Source of the DNA: an uncultured Subdoligranulum sp.
GTDB taxonomy: Bacteria > Bacillota > Clostridia > Christensenellales > CAG-314
Assembly: GCA_964612455.1 (NCBI GenBank)
Contig: CAZTCB010000002.1
Span: 13,809 to 77,808, forward strand
Length of the DNA: 64,000 bases
Reading direction: 5' to 3'
A program made the position numbers and the translations under genes. The notes under the pieces are model-generated. The model worked only from the letters and a program-made list of their open reading frames with translations. It had not been told where the DNA came from and did no database searches. Shown here one piece after another: positions 29,061-36,934 of this stretch (the first letter of the stretch is position 1; each line of letters begins with the position of its first letter).

Positions 29061-29089
29061 TTGCATTTTTGTCGTTTTTGATGTATAAT
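29061..29089 (+). promoter_or_regulatory. Candidate sigma-A promoter for cassette 2
   Basis: TTGCAT, 17 nt spacer, TATAAT. Confidence 0.45.
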
Positions 29090-29107
29090 GATAAAAACCG
29101 ATTGGTT

Positions 29108-29194
29108 GCTCGATAAATATAGATGTCGTCCGCTCCGTTAACCGATGGCAACTACCGATATTACGACGGCGACGGCAAACCTGTCAAATGGTGA
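29108..29194 (+). pseudogene. Relic 3' end of a BspA-LRR lipoprotein gene
   Basis: Translates to ..MSSAPLTDGNYRYYDGDGKPVKW*, which matches the C-termini of the three intact lipoproteins. Upstream codons carry in-frame TAA and TAG stops. Confidence 0.55.
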
Positions 29195-29285
29195 CGTCTC
29201 GGTGTCTTTATTGTATCTACGTTTCCCCGTAGTCACGCATATATTGTTGTGATGAAAACAATCAAAAAGGAAAAGGAGATGTATC

Positions 29286-30395
29286 ATGAAGAAAACAAAA
29301 ATGCAAGTCGTCACGGTCATTGTAGTTATTTTACTCTTGTTGATTGTGTCGACGTCCTTAGGTGCGAGTATTCAAAAAGCGCAGGCATATTCGCCTGATT
29401 ATAGCCCGACGCAATACTCGATTTATTACTTTTTTGACTATTATCCGACTTTGGGTAGAGACGTATTGTCTAATACGTTTGGGTATTACAGTGTTTTTTA
29501 CGACGCCCAATGGATTGACAGTGACGAATTTGACTCGCTCGTGACCAACTGGTATTTTAGCGGAATTGCATCCAATACCCTTGCATCCAATACCATAGTA
29601 ATAATCGATATAAAAACTTTTAAACCAGATGCTGATACGTTGGAGCTTTTGTTCTTAAACCTTAAGGTATTTCAGGGTTGTCAGACGATATTTATTACTC
29701 CGTATGAGGAGTACGAGTACGGTGACACTACTTTCGTATCCTGCGTAGACAAGTATTTTGTGACGTATTTTGAAGAAATAAACGTCATGATACGCCAAAT
29801 GTATGACGATAGTTATGACAACTCAGAGGGTGCATTGGCGAATAAAATGTTTTTGCTTGACAACCGTCTGGTAAATGTTACAGGATACAATCAAGGCGCA
29901 CCCATAGAGATTTTACTTGAGTCGTCGCCTTTCTTGCGTGAGCTTTTCAGTGAATATAGCGTAGGCGAAGACATGATGTATGAGAACTATACCGAATTTT
30001 TAACGGATTTGCACAATACCTATAATACGTATTTTCTTGTACACTTGGGCGGAGATGAGTTTGTAGATATTTACGACTGGGTGTTGTATAGAGGCAGTTA
30101 TTTGAGCGAAATGGAGAGTGACAGTGGTTTGAGCAGTGATGTTGCTTGTGCGGTCGGGTTTTGGAACTTAGACGGCGATTTTTACAACTTTATCTGGCGT
30201 TCGCAAATTGAAGCGTCGGCAGATTCGGAAAATAATACGGATTTACGTGCATACGTAATCGACATAGACCCGATTTTGTTAGGGACAGGTCCCGTAGTTA
30301 CGGGGTTTAGCTGGATAGCTAACAGCTATAGTCAATATTTAACGGATAGAAACGATTTGTTGGCATATTTAGACGACATAACAGGAGGAAATTAA
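29286..30395 (+). CDS. Uncharacterised membrane-anchored protein, 'family A' paralog 2
   Basis: GGAGA RBS and N-terminal TM helix. Shared motifs: IYYFFDYY, VIIDIKTFKPD, QGCQTIFIT, SSPFLR, FLVHLGGDEFVDI, VIDIDPILLGTG. Confidence 0.7.
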   Translation: MKKTKMQVVTVIVVILLLLIVSTSLGASIQKAQAYSPDYSPTQYSIYYFFDYYPTLGRDVLSNTFGYYSVFYDAQWIDSDEFDSLVTNWYFSGIASNTLASNTIVIIDIKTFKPDADTLELLFLNLKVFQGCQTIFITPYEEYEYGDTTFVSCVDKYFVTYFEEINVMIRQMYDDSYDNSEGALANKMFLLDNRLVNVTGYNQGAPIEILLESSPFLRELFSEYSVGEDMMYENYTEFLTDLHNTYNTYFLVHLGGDEFVDIYDWVLYRGSYLSEMESDSGLSSDVACAVGFWNLDGDFYNFIWRSQIEASADSENNTDLRAYVIDIDPILLGTGPVVTGFSWIANSYSQYLTDRNDLLAYLDDITGGN

Positions 30396-30397
30396 TA

Positions 30398-32002
30398 ATG
30401 AAAAATTTTAGTAAAAAAACGTGTATAGGTGTACTTTTGGTGTTGGCGGTATTGCTCGTTTTTTCTTTCGCCGGTTGCGAGCCGACGCCCGAGCCTGTGC
30501 CTAATGGTCCCGTTCAACTCGATTATCCGATAAATATAGTTGCCGTCCGTAGACTCCTGACATGGGACGAGGTGAGTCATGCTACCGGTTACGTGGTAGA
30601 ATTTAGGGGCACCGAGTATGAGACTACGGGGTGTAGTCTCGATTTGAGTTTTGATACCGGATACGGCGACGTGGAGATAAAGGTAAAAGCCAAAGGCGAC
30701 GGCACCGACTACAGTGACTCGGAGTGGACGACAAAAACGATAACGTTAAATCAAAAAGTACAAACCGGCAGCGACGAGGCGGGGTTTGAGTACACTCTCT
30801 TGGCTGACGGGAGCGGATACGAAATATCTCTAGGTACCGCCAGCATTAAAGGCGACAAAGGCGTGATTACCATTCCCGAGTATTTTGGCGACTATCCCGT
30901 CAAACGCATAGCCGACAGAATGTTTTATATCAAAGGCGCAAGTTTCCTGACCGGTGTGGGGTGCAACAATCTGACGACAGGGATAATCCTTCCCGAACAG
31001 TTGGAGAGCATAGGGGAGAGAGCATTTATGGCTTTAATCGGGATAGAGTCTATGACTATCCCCAATAGCGTCAAAGATATAGGAGAGGCTGCTTTTTACG
31101 GGTGCGTAAATCTTAAAACCGTCAAGTTGTCTAAAAATCTTAAGACAATCCCCGATAAATGTTTTATGGCTACGGGTTTGGCGCAAATCAATCTGCCAAA
31201 GTCTGTCGAAACGATAGGTGTGCAAGCTTTTGCTGCGAGTGATACGCTCGGTATGAGCGGGACTGAATCAGACCTTAAGGAATTGACAATACCGAGCAAC
31301 GTAAAAAATATAGGAAATTATGCCTTTATGGGGCGAGAAAAATTGGAAACGATAACCCTTAGTGCCGACAACTTGGAAAACTTTGGCATTAAGGTGTTTG
31401 AGGGTACTCGGTGGTATGAAAAACGCGGTGACGGATTGGTCATCCTTTACGGGGTGTTGCTTGGCTACAAGGGTACCGTTCAGTCGGGCTATGTATTGAC
31501 TCTCCCGAGTAGCGTCAAAGTAATAGCGTCTATGGGGCTATCTGTCAGCGGTATAAAAAAGGTAATCATTCCCGACGGTGTGAGATTTGCGGGTGGCGAG
31601 CGTATCTTCGGCTCAGATTTGGAGGAAGTCGTCTTGCCGTCCGACCTGACGTCGATACCGGACAAAGCGTTTTATGCTTGTAGAAGACTCGAGTCGATTT
31701 CGTTGCCGAGTACTTTGACCGATATCGGAGACGAGGCTTTCAAGAGTTCGGGATTAAAGGAGATAGTCATTCCGTCGTCGGTGGTAGAAATCGGCGAAAA
31801 TCCTTTTATCGGTTGTGATAATTTGGAGAGTATTTATTACGACGGCACGTCAAGCGAGTGGAACGCGTTGGTTAAAGAAAACAACGCCGACAATGCGGAT
31901 GCTTTTGCGTCGGCTACGATATATACGTATTCGGCAACAACTCCGACAGACAACGGCAATTACTGGTTTTACGACAGCAACGGCAATCCTATCAAATGGT
32001 AG
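30398..32002 (+). CDS. Lipoprotein with Fn3-like domain and BspA-type leucine-rich repeats (paralog 2)
   Basis: Starts 2 nt after the family A stop codon. Lipobox FAGC. LRR_5-like repeats. C-terminal YWFYDSNGNPIKW. Confidence 0.8.
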   Translation: MKNFSKKTCIGVLLVLAVLLVFSFAGCEPTPEPVPNGPVQLDYPINIVAVRRLLTWDEVSHATGYVVEFRGTEYETTGCSLDLSFDTGYGDVEIKVKAKGDGTDYSDSEWTTKTITLNQKVQTGSDEAGFEYTLLADGSGYEISLGTASIKGDKGVITIPEYFGDYPVKRIADRMFYIKGASFLTGVGCNNLTTGIILPEQLESIGERAFMALIGIESMTIPNSVKDIGEAAFYGCVNLKTVKLSKNLKTIPDKCFMATGLAQINLPKSVETIGVQAFAASDTLGMSGTESDLKELTIPSNVKNIGNYAFMGREKLETITLSADNLENFGIKVFEGTRWYEKRGDGLVILYGVLLGYKGTVQSGYVLTLPSSVKVIASMGLSVSGIKKVIIPDGVRFAGGERIFGSDLEEVVLPSDLTSIPDKAFYACRRLESISLPSTLTDIGDEAFKSSGLKEIVIPSSVVEIGENPFIGCDNLESIYYDGTSSEWNALVKENNADNADAFASATIYTYSATTPTDNGNYWFYDSNGNPIKW

Positions 32003-32023
32003 AGTCGTAGAATAACACTTTAT

Positions 32024-32069
32024 AAAAAAACCAACCCGATACGTTTTACTGTATCGGGTTGGTTTTTTT
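32024..32069. terminator. Bidirectional intrinsic terminator
   Basis: AACCAACCCGATA/TATCGGGTTGGTT stem flanked by an A-run and a T-run. Confidence 0.8.
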
Positions 32070-32144
32070 AGATAAAACCGTTGAGCGGTCGTCTCTGTCG
32101 CGATGAGCAAATTTAAACCGATAATAAAGATAAGATAATAAAGA

Positions 32145-32180
32145 TAAAAAAATATTCACCCGAAAAAAACGAGTGAATAT
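32145..32180 (-). terminator. Intrinsic terminator of rpsT
   Basis: ATATTCAC/GTGAATAT stem with a T-run on the minus strand. Confidence 0.6.
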
Positions 32181-32211
32181 TAGTTTTAAAGATATAAAAA
32201 GCGGGTGGCGA

Positions 32212-32703
32212 TTATTCCGAAACGGTATCGTCGCTCTTTTTAGTCGCTTTTTTGGTCGCCTTTTTGGCGGCAGTCTTTTTAGCGGGTGCTTTTTCGGCTG
32301 CTTTGGCGGCTTCTCTCTCTTTGCGAGCGGTGTTGCGCGACTGTTTAATCGCCTCTGCCTCTTGCGCTTTGCGTTGCGCTGCGGCTTTTTGCTCGGCTTG
32401 TTTGAGAGTCTTGACGTCGGCTTTGACAACCACGACGCCGTTTTTAAGGAGGCTGAGAGCCTTACCTATCTGGGACTTGGCGTGGTTTGCTTTGTTTTTA
32501 TGGATAACGCCCTTTGTAGCGGCGGAATCGATAGCACTGCTTGCGATGGGCAAAAGTCTCTCGGCTTCTTCCGCGTTGTTTTCGGAGATGGCGAGGTTAA
32601 ACTTTTTGACCGCGGTCTTCATTTCGCTGAGAATCATTCTATTTTGAGCTCTCTTTTTGTCGATGACCAAAACTCTTTTTTTAGCGGATTTAATATTTGG
32701 CAT
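32212..32703 (-). CDS. rpsT: 30S ribosomal protein S20 with about 75-aa Lys/Ala/Glu-rich C-terminal extension
   Basis: Canonical S20 N-terminus MPNIKSAKKRVLVIDKKRAQN...HKNKANHAKS. The ORF continues in frame to 163 aa. Confidence 0.9.
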   Translation of the reverse strand: MPNIKSAKKRVLVIDKKRAQNRMILSEMKTAVKKFNLAISENNAEEAERLLPIASSAIDSAATKGVIHKNKANHAKSQIGKALSLLKNGVVVVKADVKTLKQAEQKAAAQRKAQEAEAIKQSRNTARKEREAAKAAEKAPAKKTAAKKATKKATKKSDDTVSE

Positions 32704-32847
32704 ATAAAAATACTCCTTAACCTAATTTTCAACCATAAAATTCTACCATGTAATCTTTTTTTTGGCAAGGATTTTTTAGCAAAATTTTGGTGTTTTTTGC
32801 AATTATTTTTTTGTTCGGCATAAAATTCAGGTGACGGAGGGGGTAAT

Positions 32848-33585
32848 ATGTCGAAAAAATGCGTGGCGGTGATAGACAGCGGCGTTGGCGGATTGAGCGT
32901 ATTGAAAAGGTTGACGGAGGCGTTGCCGAGCGTCGATTTGGTGTACTTTGCCGACAACGCCAATCTGCCTTACGGAAACAAGGGCGTCGCCGAGTTGAGG
33001 GATATAGCGGCGGGCGCGGTAAAAAAGATTTCTGACAGATTTGACGCGGATTTGTTCGTCGTCGCGTGCAACACGCTGACGGCGGCGGCGATAGACGAGT
33101 TGAGAGGTAGGTTTTTAAACAAAATTTTCGTCGGGTGTGAGCCAAACCTCAACGAGCCGCTCAGATTCGGTTTTAAGGATATCCTCGTGTTGTGTACCGC
33201 ATTTACCAAAAACAGCCGCCGTATCAACGAGAGATTTGCCTCGCGTGCGGAGTTTTTGGATATGCCCGAGCTTGCCGAGTTGATAGAAAACGGCGAGTCG
33301 GACGAAAAAATTGCCGCATACGTCGCCGATAGAGCGGGAAAGGCGGCTAAGAGAGCGGATTGCGTTTCGCTCGGTTGTACTCACTATTGTCTTAAAGAAA
33401 AACTCATTTCCGACGCATTGGGATTGCCGACGTTTAGTAGTGTAGAGGGAGTCGTGAGACGTGCGGCGGCTTTGTATCGCGAAATGGGCGGAGCCGAGCA
33501 CGTAGAGGGCGAAAAAACGCGCACCATAGCTTTTTTTTCGTCGGGAAAACGGCTTGATATAGGCATTATAAAGGGGTATATGTAA
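32848..33585 (+). CDS. murI: Glutamate racemase
   Basis: DSGVGGLSVL, ACNTLT and LGCTHY motifs. Confidence 0.9.
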   Translation: MSKKCVAVIDSGVGGLSVLKRLTEALPSVDLVYFADNANLPYGNKGVAELRDIAAGAVKKISDRFDADLFVVACNTLTAAAIDELRGRFLNKIFVGCEPNLNEPLRFGFKDILVLCTAFTKNSRRINERFASRAEFLDMPELAELIENGESDEKIAAYVADRAGKAAKRADCVSLGCTHYCLKEKLISDALGLPTFSSVEGVVRRAAALYREMGGAEHVEGEKTRTIAFFSSGKRLDIGIIKGYM

Positions 33586-33623
33586 AAAAATCCAAAAAAG
33601 TTTTAAAAACTTTACCAAACCAA

Positions 33624-33652
33624 TTGAAAAATACGCAATTTTGTTGTATAGT
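33624..33652 (+). promoter_or_regulatory. Candidate sigma-A promoter for the EF-G gene
   Basis: TTGAAA, 17 nt spacer, TATAGT. Confidence 0.4.
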
Positions 33653-33682
33653 ATACTTATCACTTTTTTAGAGGTATATTGT

Positions 33683-35764
33683 ATGGCAGTATTTAATGCA
33701 AAAAACATTCGCAATATCGCCGTTATCGGACATGGCGGCGAGGGCAAGACAACGTTGATCGAGGCTATACTGTTTAATGCGAAAGCAATAGACAGACAGG
33801 GCAGAGTAGACGACGGCAACACCACCACCGACTTTGATCCGGAAGAAATTAATAAAAAGATTTCTATCAGTATGGCTATTGCCAACTGCGTATATAAAGG
33901 CACAAAGTTTAACTTTCTCGACGTCCCCGGTTTTTTTGACTTTGAGGGTGAGTTCGTACAGGCAATGGCTGTCGCCGATTGCGCGTTGGTAGTCACCGGT
34001 GCGGGCGGCAACCTCACGGTCGGTTGCGAAAAAGCTCTCGATTATTGCGTCGAGCACAGAGTGCCGACTATGATTTTCGTGTCCGACATGGACAAAGAAA
34101 ACAGCAACTACTTTACCACCGTTGAGGCTATCCAGGCAAAGTACGGTACGCGTATCGCTCCTTTGATGTTGCCTTTGATGGAGGGCGGTAAATTTAAGGG
34201 TTATGCCAATATCGCGGACGGCAAGTACTACGCCGTAGGCGCTCACGGCGACAACGGTCAGGATATCCCCGCCGCACTCGCAGCCAAGTTTGAAGAAGTA
34301 AGCGCAGTCGTGCAAGAAAAAGCAGCCGAAAGCGACGAAGAGTTAATGGAGATTTTCTTTGAAAACGGCGCGTTGGAGAAAGACCAGATAGTTAAAGGCA
34401 TCAAGGCGGGCATTTGCGACGGTAGCGCGATAGGCGTATTCGGCGGTAGCGGACTTGTCAATCAGGGCGTGTTTAACCTCATGAACAACCTCATCGGGTT
34501 TATGCCTTCTCCTGCCGACGTGAGACCGGTAAAGGCACATGACGAAAACGGCAACGAGACCGAGATAGTCGCCGACGACAAGGCTCCCGTCGTCCTCAGA
34601 GTATTCAAGACCATCGTCGACCCGTTTGTCGGTCGTATGAACCTCATCAAGGTCATGAGCGGTACGCTTAAGAGCGGCACCACTATCAAAAACGTCACCA
34701 AAGACGGCGATGAAAAAATATCGACGATTTATTTCCTAAGGGGTAAAAAACAAGAGTCAACCGATACTATCTGTGCGGGAGACATGGGCGCGCTGGCGAA
34801 ACTGTCAAACACCACTACGGGCGACACTCTTTGCGAAGGTAAAGCAGTCGTTTTGCCGGAAATCAAGATGCCTAACCCCGTCCTTAATATGGCAGTCTAT
34901 GCCACCAAGAAAGGCGACGAAGACAAGATATTTGCCGGACTGTCCAAACTGAAAGACGAGGATATCAGCTTTACCGTCGTCAAGAACATCGAGACCAACG
35001 AAATGCTCCTTTGCGGCGTCGGCGAAACCCAACTCGACATTCTCTGCCGCAAACTTAAAAACAAGTTTGGCGTAGAGGCAGTGTTGAAAGAACCTCGCAT
35101 AGCTTACCGCGAAACGATAAGAAAGATGGCTGAGGCTGAAGGTAAGCACAAGAAACAGTCGGGCGGTGCAGGTCAGTTTGGTGTTTGTTCCGTCAGGTTT
35201 GAACCGGGCGCGGCAGACGGCGAGTTTGAGTTTGTCGACGCGGTCGTCGGCGGTGCCGTACCTCGTCAGTTTATCCCCGCCGTTGAAAAAGGCTTGAGAG
35301 AAGCGATAAAAGCCGGTGTTTTGGCAGGATATCCGATGGTCAACCTCAAGGCAACTTTGTTTGACGGTAAATATCACCCCGTCGACTCTAAGGAAATCGC
35401 CTTCGTCTCTGCGGCAAAACTCGCTTACGCAGACGGTATCGCGAAAGCCGGTCCCATCTTGCTCGAACCGATTTATTCGTTAAAGATTACCGTTCCCGAG
35501 AGCTTTATGGGTGACATTCTCGGCGACATGAACAAGCGTCGCGGCAGAGTGCTCGGTATGGAGGCTGTGGGCGGCAAACAAGTCATCAGCGCAGAGTGCC
35601 CCCTCGGCGAAATCACCAAGTATGCAACCGATTTGCGTAGCATGACTCAAGGCAGAGGCAGTTACGAACTCGAATTTGCACGCTATGAAGAAGTCCCCGC
35701 AACCAGCGTACCCAAGATTATCGAGGACGCCAAAAAGTTTGCGGCTGAGAAAGACAACGCATAA
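33683..35764 (+). CDS. fusA: Elongation factor G family GTPase (stand-alone copy, not in an str operon)
   Basis: GHGGEGKTT G1 motif, DVPG G3 motif, EF-G domains II-V (HKKQSGGAGQFG). Confidence 0.9.
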   Translation: MAVFNAKNIRNIAVIGHGGEGKTTLIEAILFNAKAIDRQGRVDDGNTTTDFDPEEINKKISISMAIANCVYKGTKFNFLDVPGFFDFEGEFVQAMAVADCALVVTGAGGNLTVGCEKALDYCVEHRVPTMIFVSDMDKENSNYFTTVEAIQAKYGTRIAPLMLPLMEGGKFKGYANIADGKYYAVGAHGDNGQDIPAALAAKFEEVSAVVQEKAAESDEELMEIFFENGALEKDQIVKGIKAGICDGSAIGVFGGSGLVNQGVFNLMNNLIGFMPSPADVRPVKAHDENGNETEIVADDKAPVVLRVFKTIVDPFVGRMNLIKVMSGTLKSGTTIKNVTKDGDEKISTIYFLRGKKQESTDTICAGDMGALAKLSNTTTGDTLCEGKAVVLPEIKMPNPVLNMAVYATKKGDEDKIFAGLSKLKDEDISFTVVKNIETNEMLLCGVGETQLDILCRKLKNKFGVEAVLKEPRIAYRETIRKMAEAEGKHKKQSGGAGQFGVCSVRFEPGAADGEFEFVDAVVGGAVPRQFIPAVEKGLREAIKAGVLAGYPMVNLKATLFDGKYHPVDSKEIAFVSAAKLAYADGIAKAGPILLEPIYSLKITVPESFMGDILGDMNKRRGRVLGMEAVGGKQVISAECPLGEITKYATDLRSMTQGRGSYELEFARYEEVPATSVPKIIEDAKKFAAEKDNA

Positions 35765-35815
35765 TTTAATATTTTTTATCGCAACAGTCCCGATGTTTTT
35801 GAACACGGGACTGTT
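35728..35815. repeat. 88-bp direct repeat, left copy (EF-G 3' end plus terminator hairpin)
   Basis: Identical base-for-base to 38876-38963 by hand alignment. Confidence 0.95.
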
Positions 35816-35876
35816 GTCGAATAGGGGCAAAATATCACTACTCATTTGTTATTAAAAAAATAAAAGGAGAATAGCA

Positions 35877-36932
35877 ATGAAATTTAAAAGTTTAATTCTT
35901 GCAACGATGATTGTGGTAACGTTGTTTGCCGGTGTCATTGTTGTCGGTATGCCGCAAAATGAAGCAAAAGCTCTTTCGTCGGAATACCACGGTGAGCCGG
36001 ATACTATTTATTACTTTTATGATTTTTATCAGTCTATCGAAGAAATGTCGTTGATGACGGCATTTGTCGGATACAATGTAGTTTTCGACCATAATGGCTC
36101 GTTGGGATCCGATTTTACTCAGTTGGTAAATCAGAATTATTTCGATAATTTTGGTGACAATTGCGTTGTTGTTATAGATATAAAGTCATTTTTGCCTGAT
36201 TGTAATATTTTAATGCAATTGTTTATGGAACTTAAAATGGAACAAGGGTGTACGACTATATTTGTAACCTTGTTTGATAAAACGGATTTTGAAAATCAAT
36301 CGTTTTTAACTTACTTGGATATGTACTTTAAGAGCGATGCTAACAGATTGTATGATTTATGTGATGGCTCCGTCGAGTATTTGATAAATAATAACGGAGG
36401 ATTGAATAATACAACTATATTGATAGATAGAAATCTGGTAGATATTAACACGCACTACGGTGCTCCCATTAGCGTGTTATGTGAGGATTCGTTTTTTTTA
36501 AAGCAATTGTTGTCCACCATAGGTGAGGCTTTGTCACTCGGAGAAGATTATGACGTTGAATATCAATTATGCAATTATCGCAATATAAGACTGCTTGTGC
36601 ATTACGGCACTTGTCAATTTGTGGATATTATTAGCTGGAATACTTATACTGCGCATACGATAGACGCATTGGAAGAAAATGTAAACATATCATGGAATTA
36701 TATATGCGGTATCGGGGCTTGGTATCTGAATCAACATTTTTATGATTTCTTGCTTGATGCTCAAACAAAAATTACTTTGCCGGTGTTTGTCATAGAAGTC
36801 GATCCGATTGTGTTTGGCAATGGTTTGACTGCTATCGTGTACGGTGCATGTGAAGATTGCGATACAAGTTACAACGATGGCAAAACTTTCTTGGATGCGC
36901 TGTACGAAATCTTATATCCTACCGGGGAATAA
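35877..36932 (+). CDS. Uncharacterised membrane-anchored protein, 'family A' paralog 3
   Basis: AAGGAG RBS and N-terminal TM helix. Shared motifs: IYYFYDFY, VVIDIKSFLPD, QGCTTIFVT, DSFFLK, LLVHYGTCQFVDI, VIEVDPIVFGNG. Confidence 0.7.
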   Translation: MKFKSLILATMIVVTLFAGVIVVGMPQNEAKALSSEYHGEPDTIYYFYDFYQSIEEMSLMTAFVGYNVVFDHNGSLGSDFTQLVNQNYFDNFGDNCVVVIDIKSFLPDCNILMQLFMELKMEQGCTTIFVTLFDKTDFENQSFLTYLDMYFKSDANRLYDLCDGSVEYLINNNGGLNNTTILIDRNLVDINTHYGAPISVLCEDSFFLKQLLSTIGEALSLGEDYDVEYQLCNYRNIRLLVHYGTCQFVDIISWNTYTAHTIDALEENVNISWNYICGIGAWYLNQHFYDFLLDAQTKITLPVFVIEVDPIVFGNGLTAIVYGACEDCDTSYNDGKTFLDALYEILYPTGE

Positions 36933-36934
36933 TT

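Noticed and set aside
32173-32823. Plus-strand ORFs 32173-32823 and 32252-32647 across the rpsT locus.
   Set aside because: The minus-strand frame begins with a canonical S20 N-terminus. The plus-strand frames are Ala/Leu/Phe-rich mirror images of the Lys/Ala-rich S20 tail.
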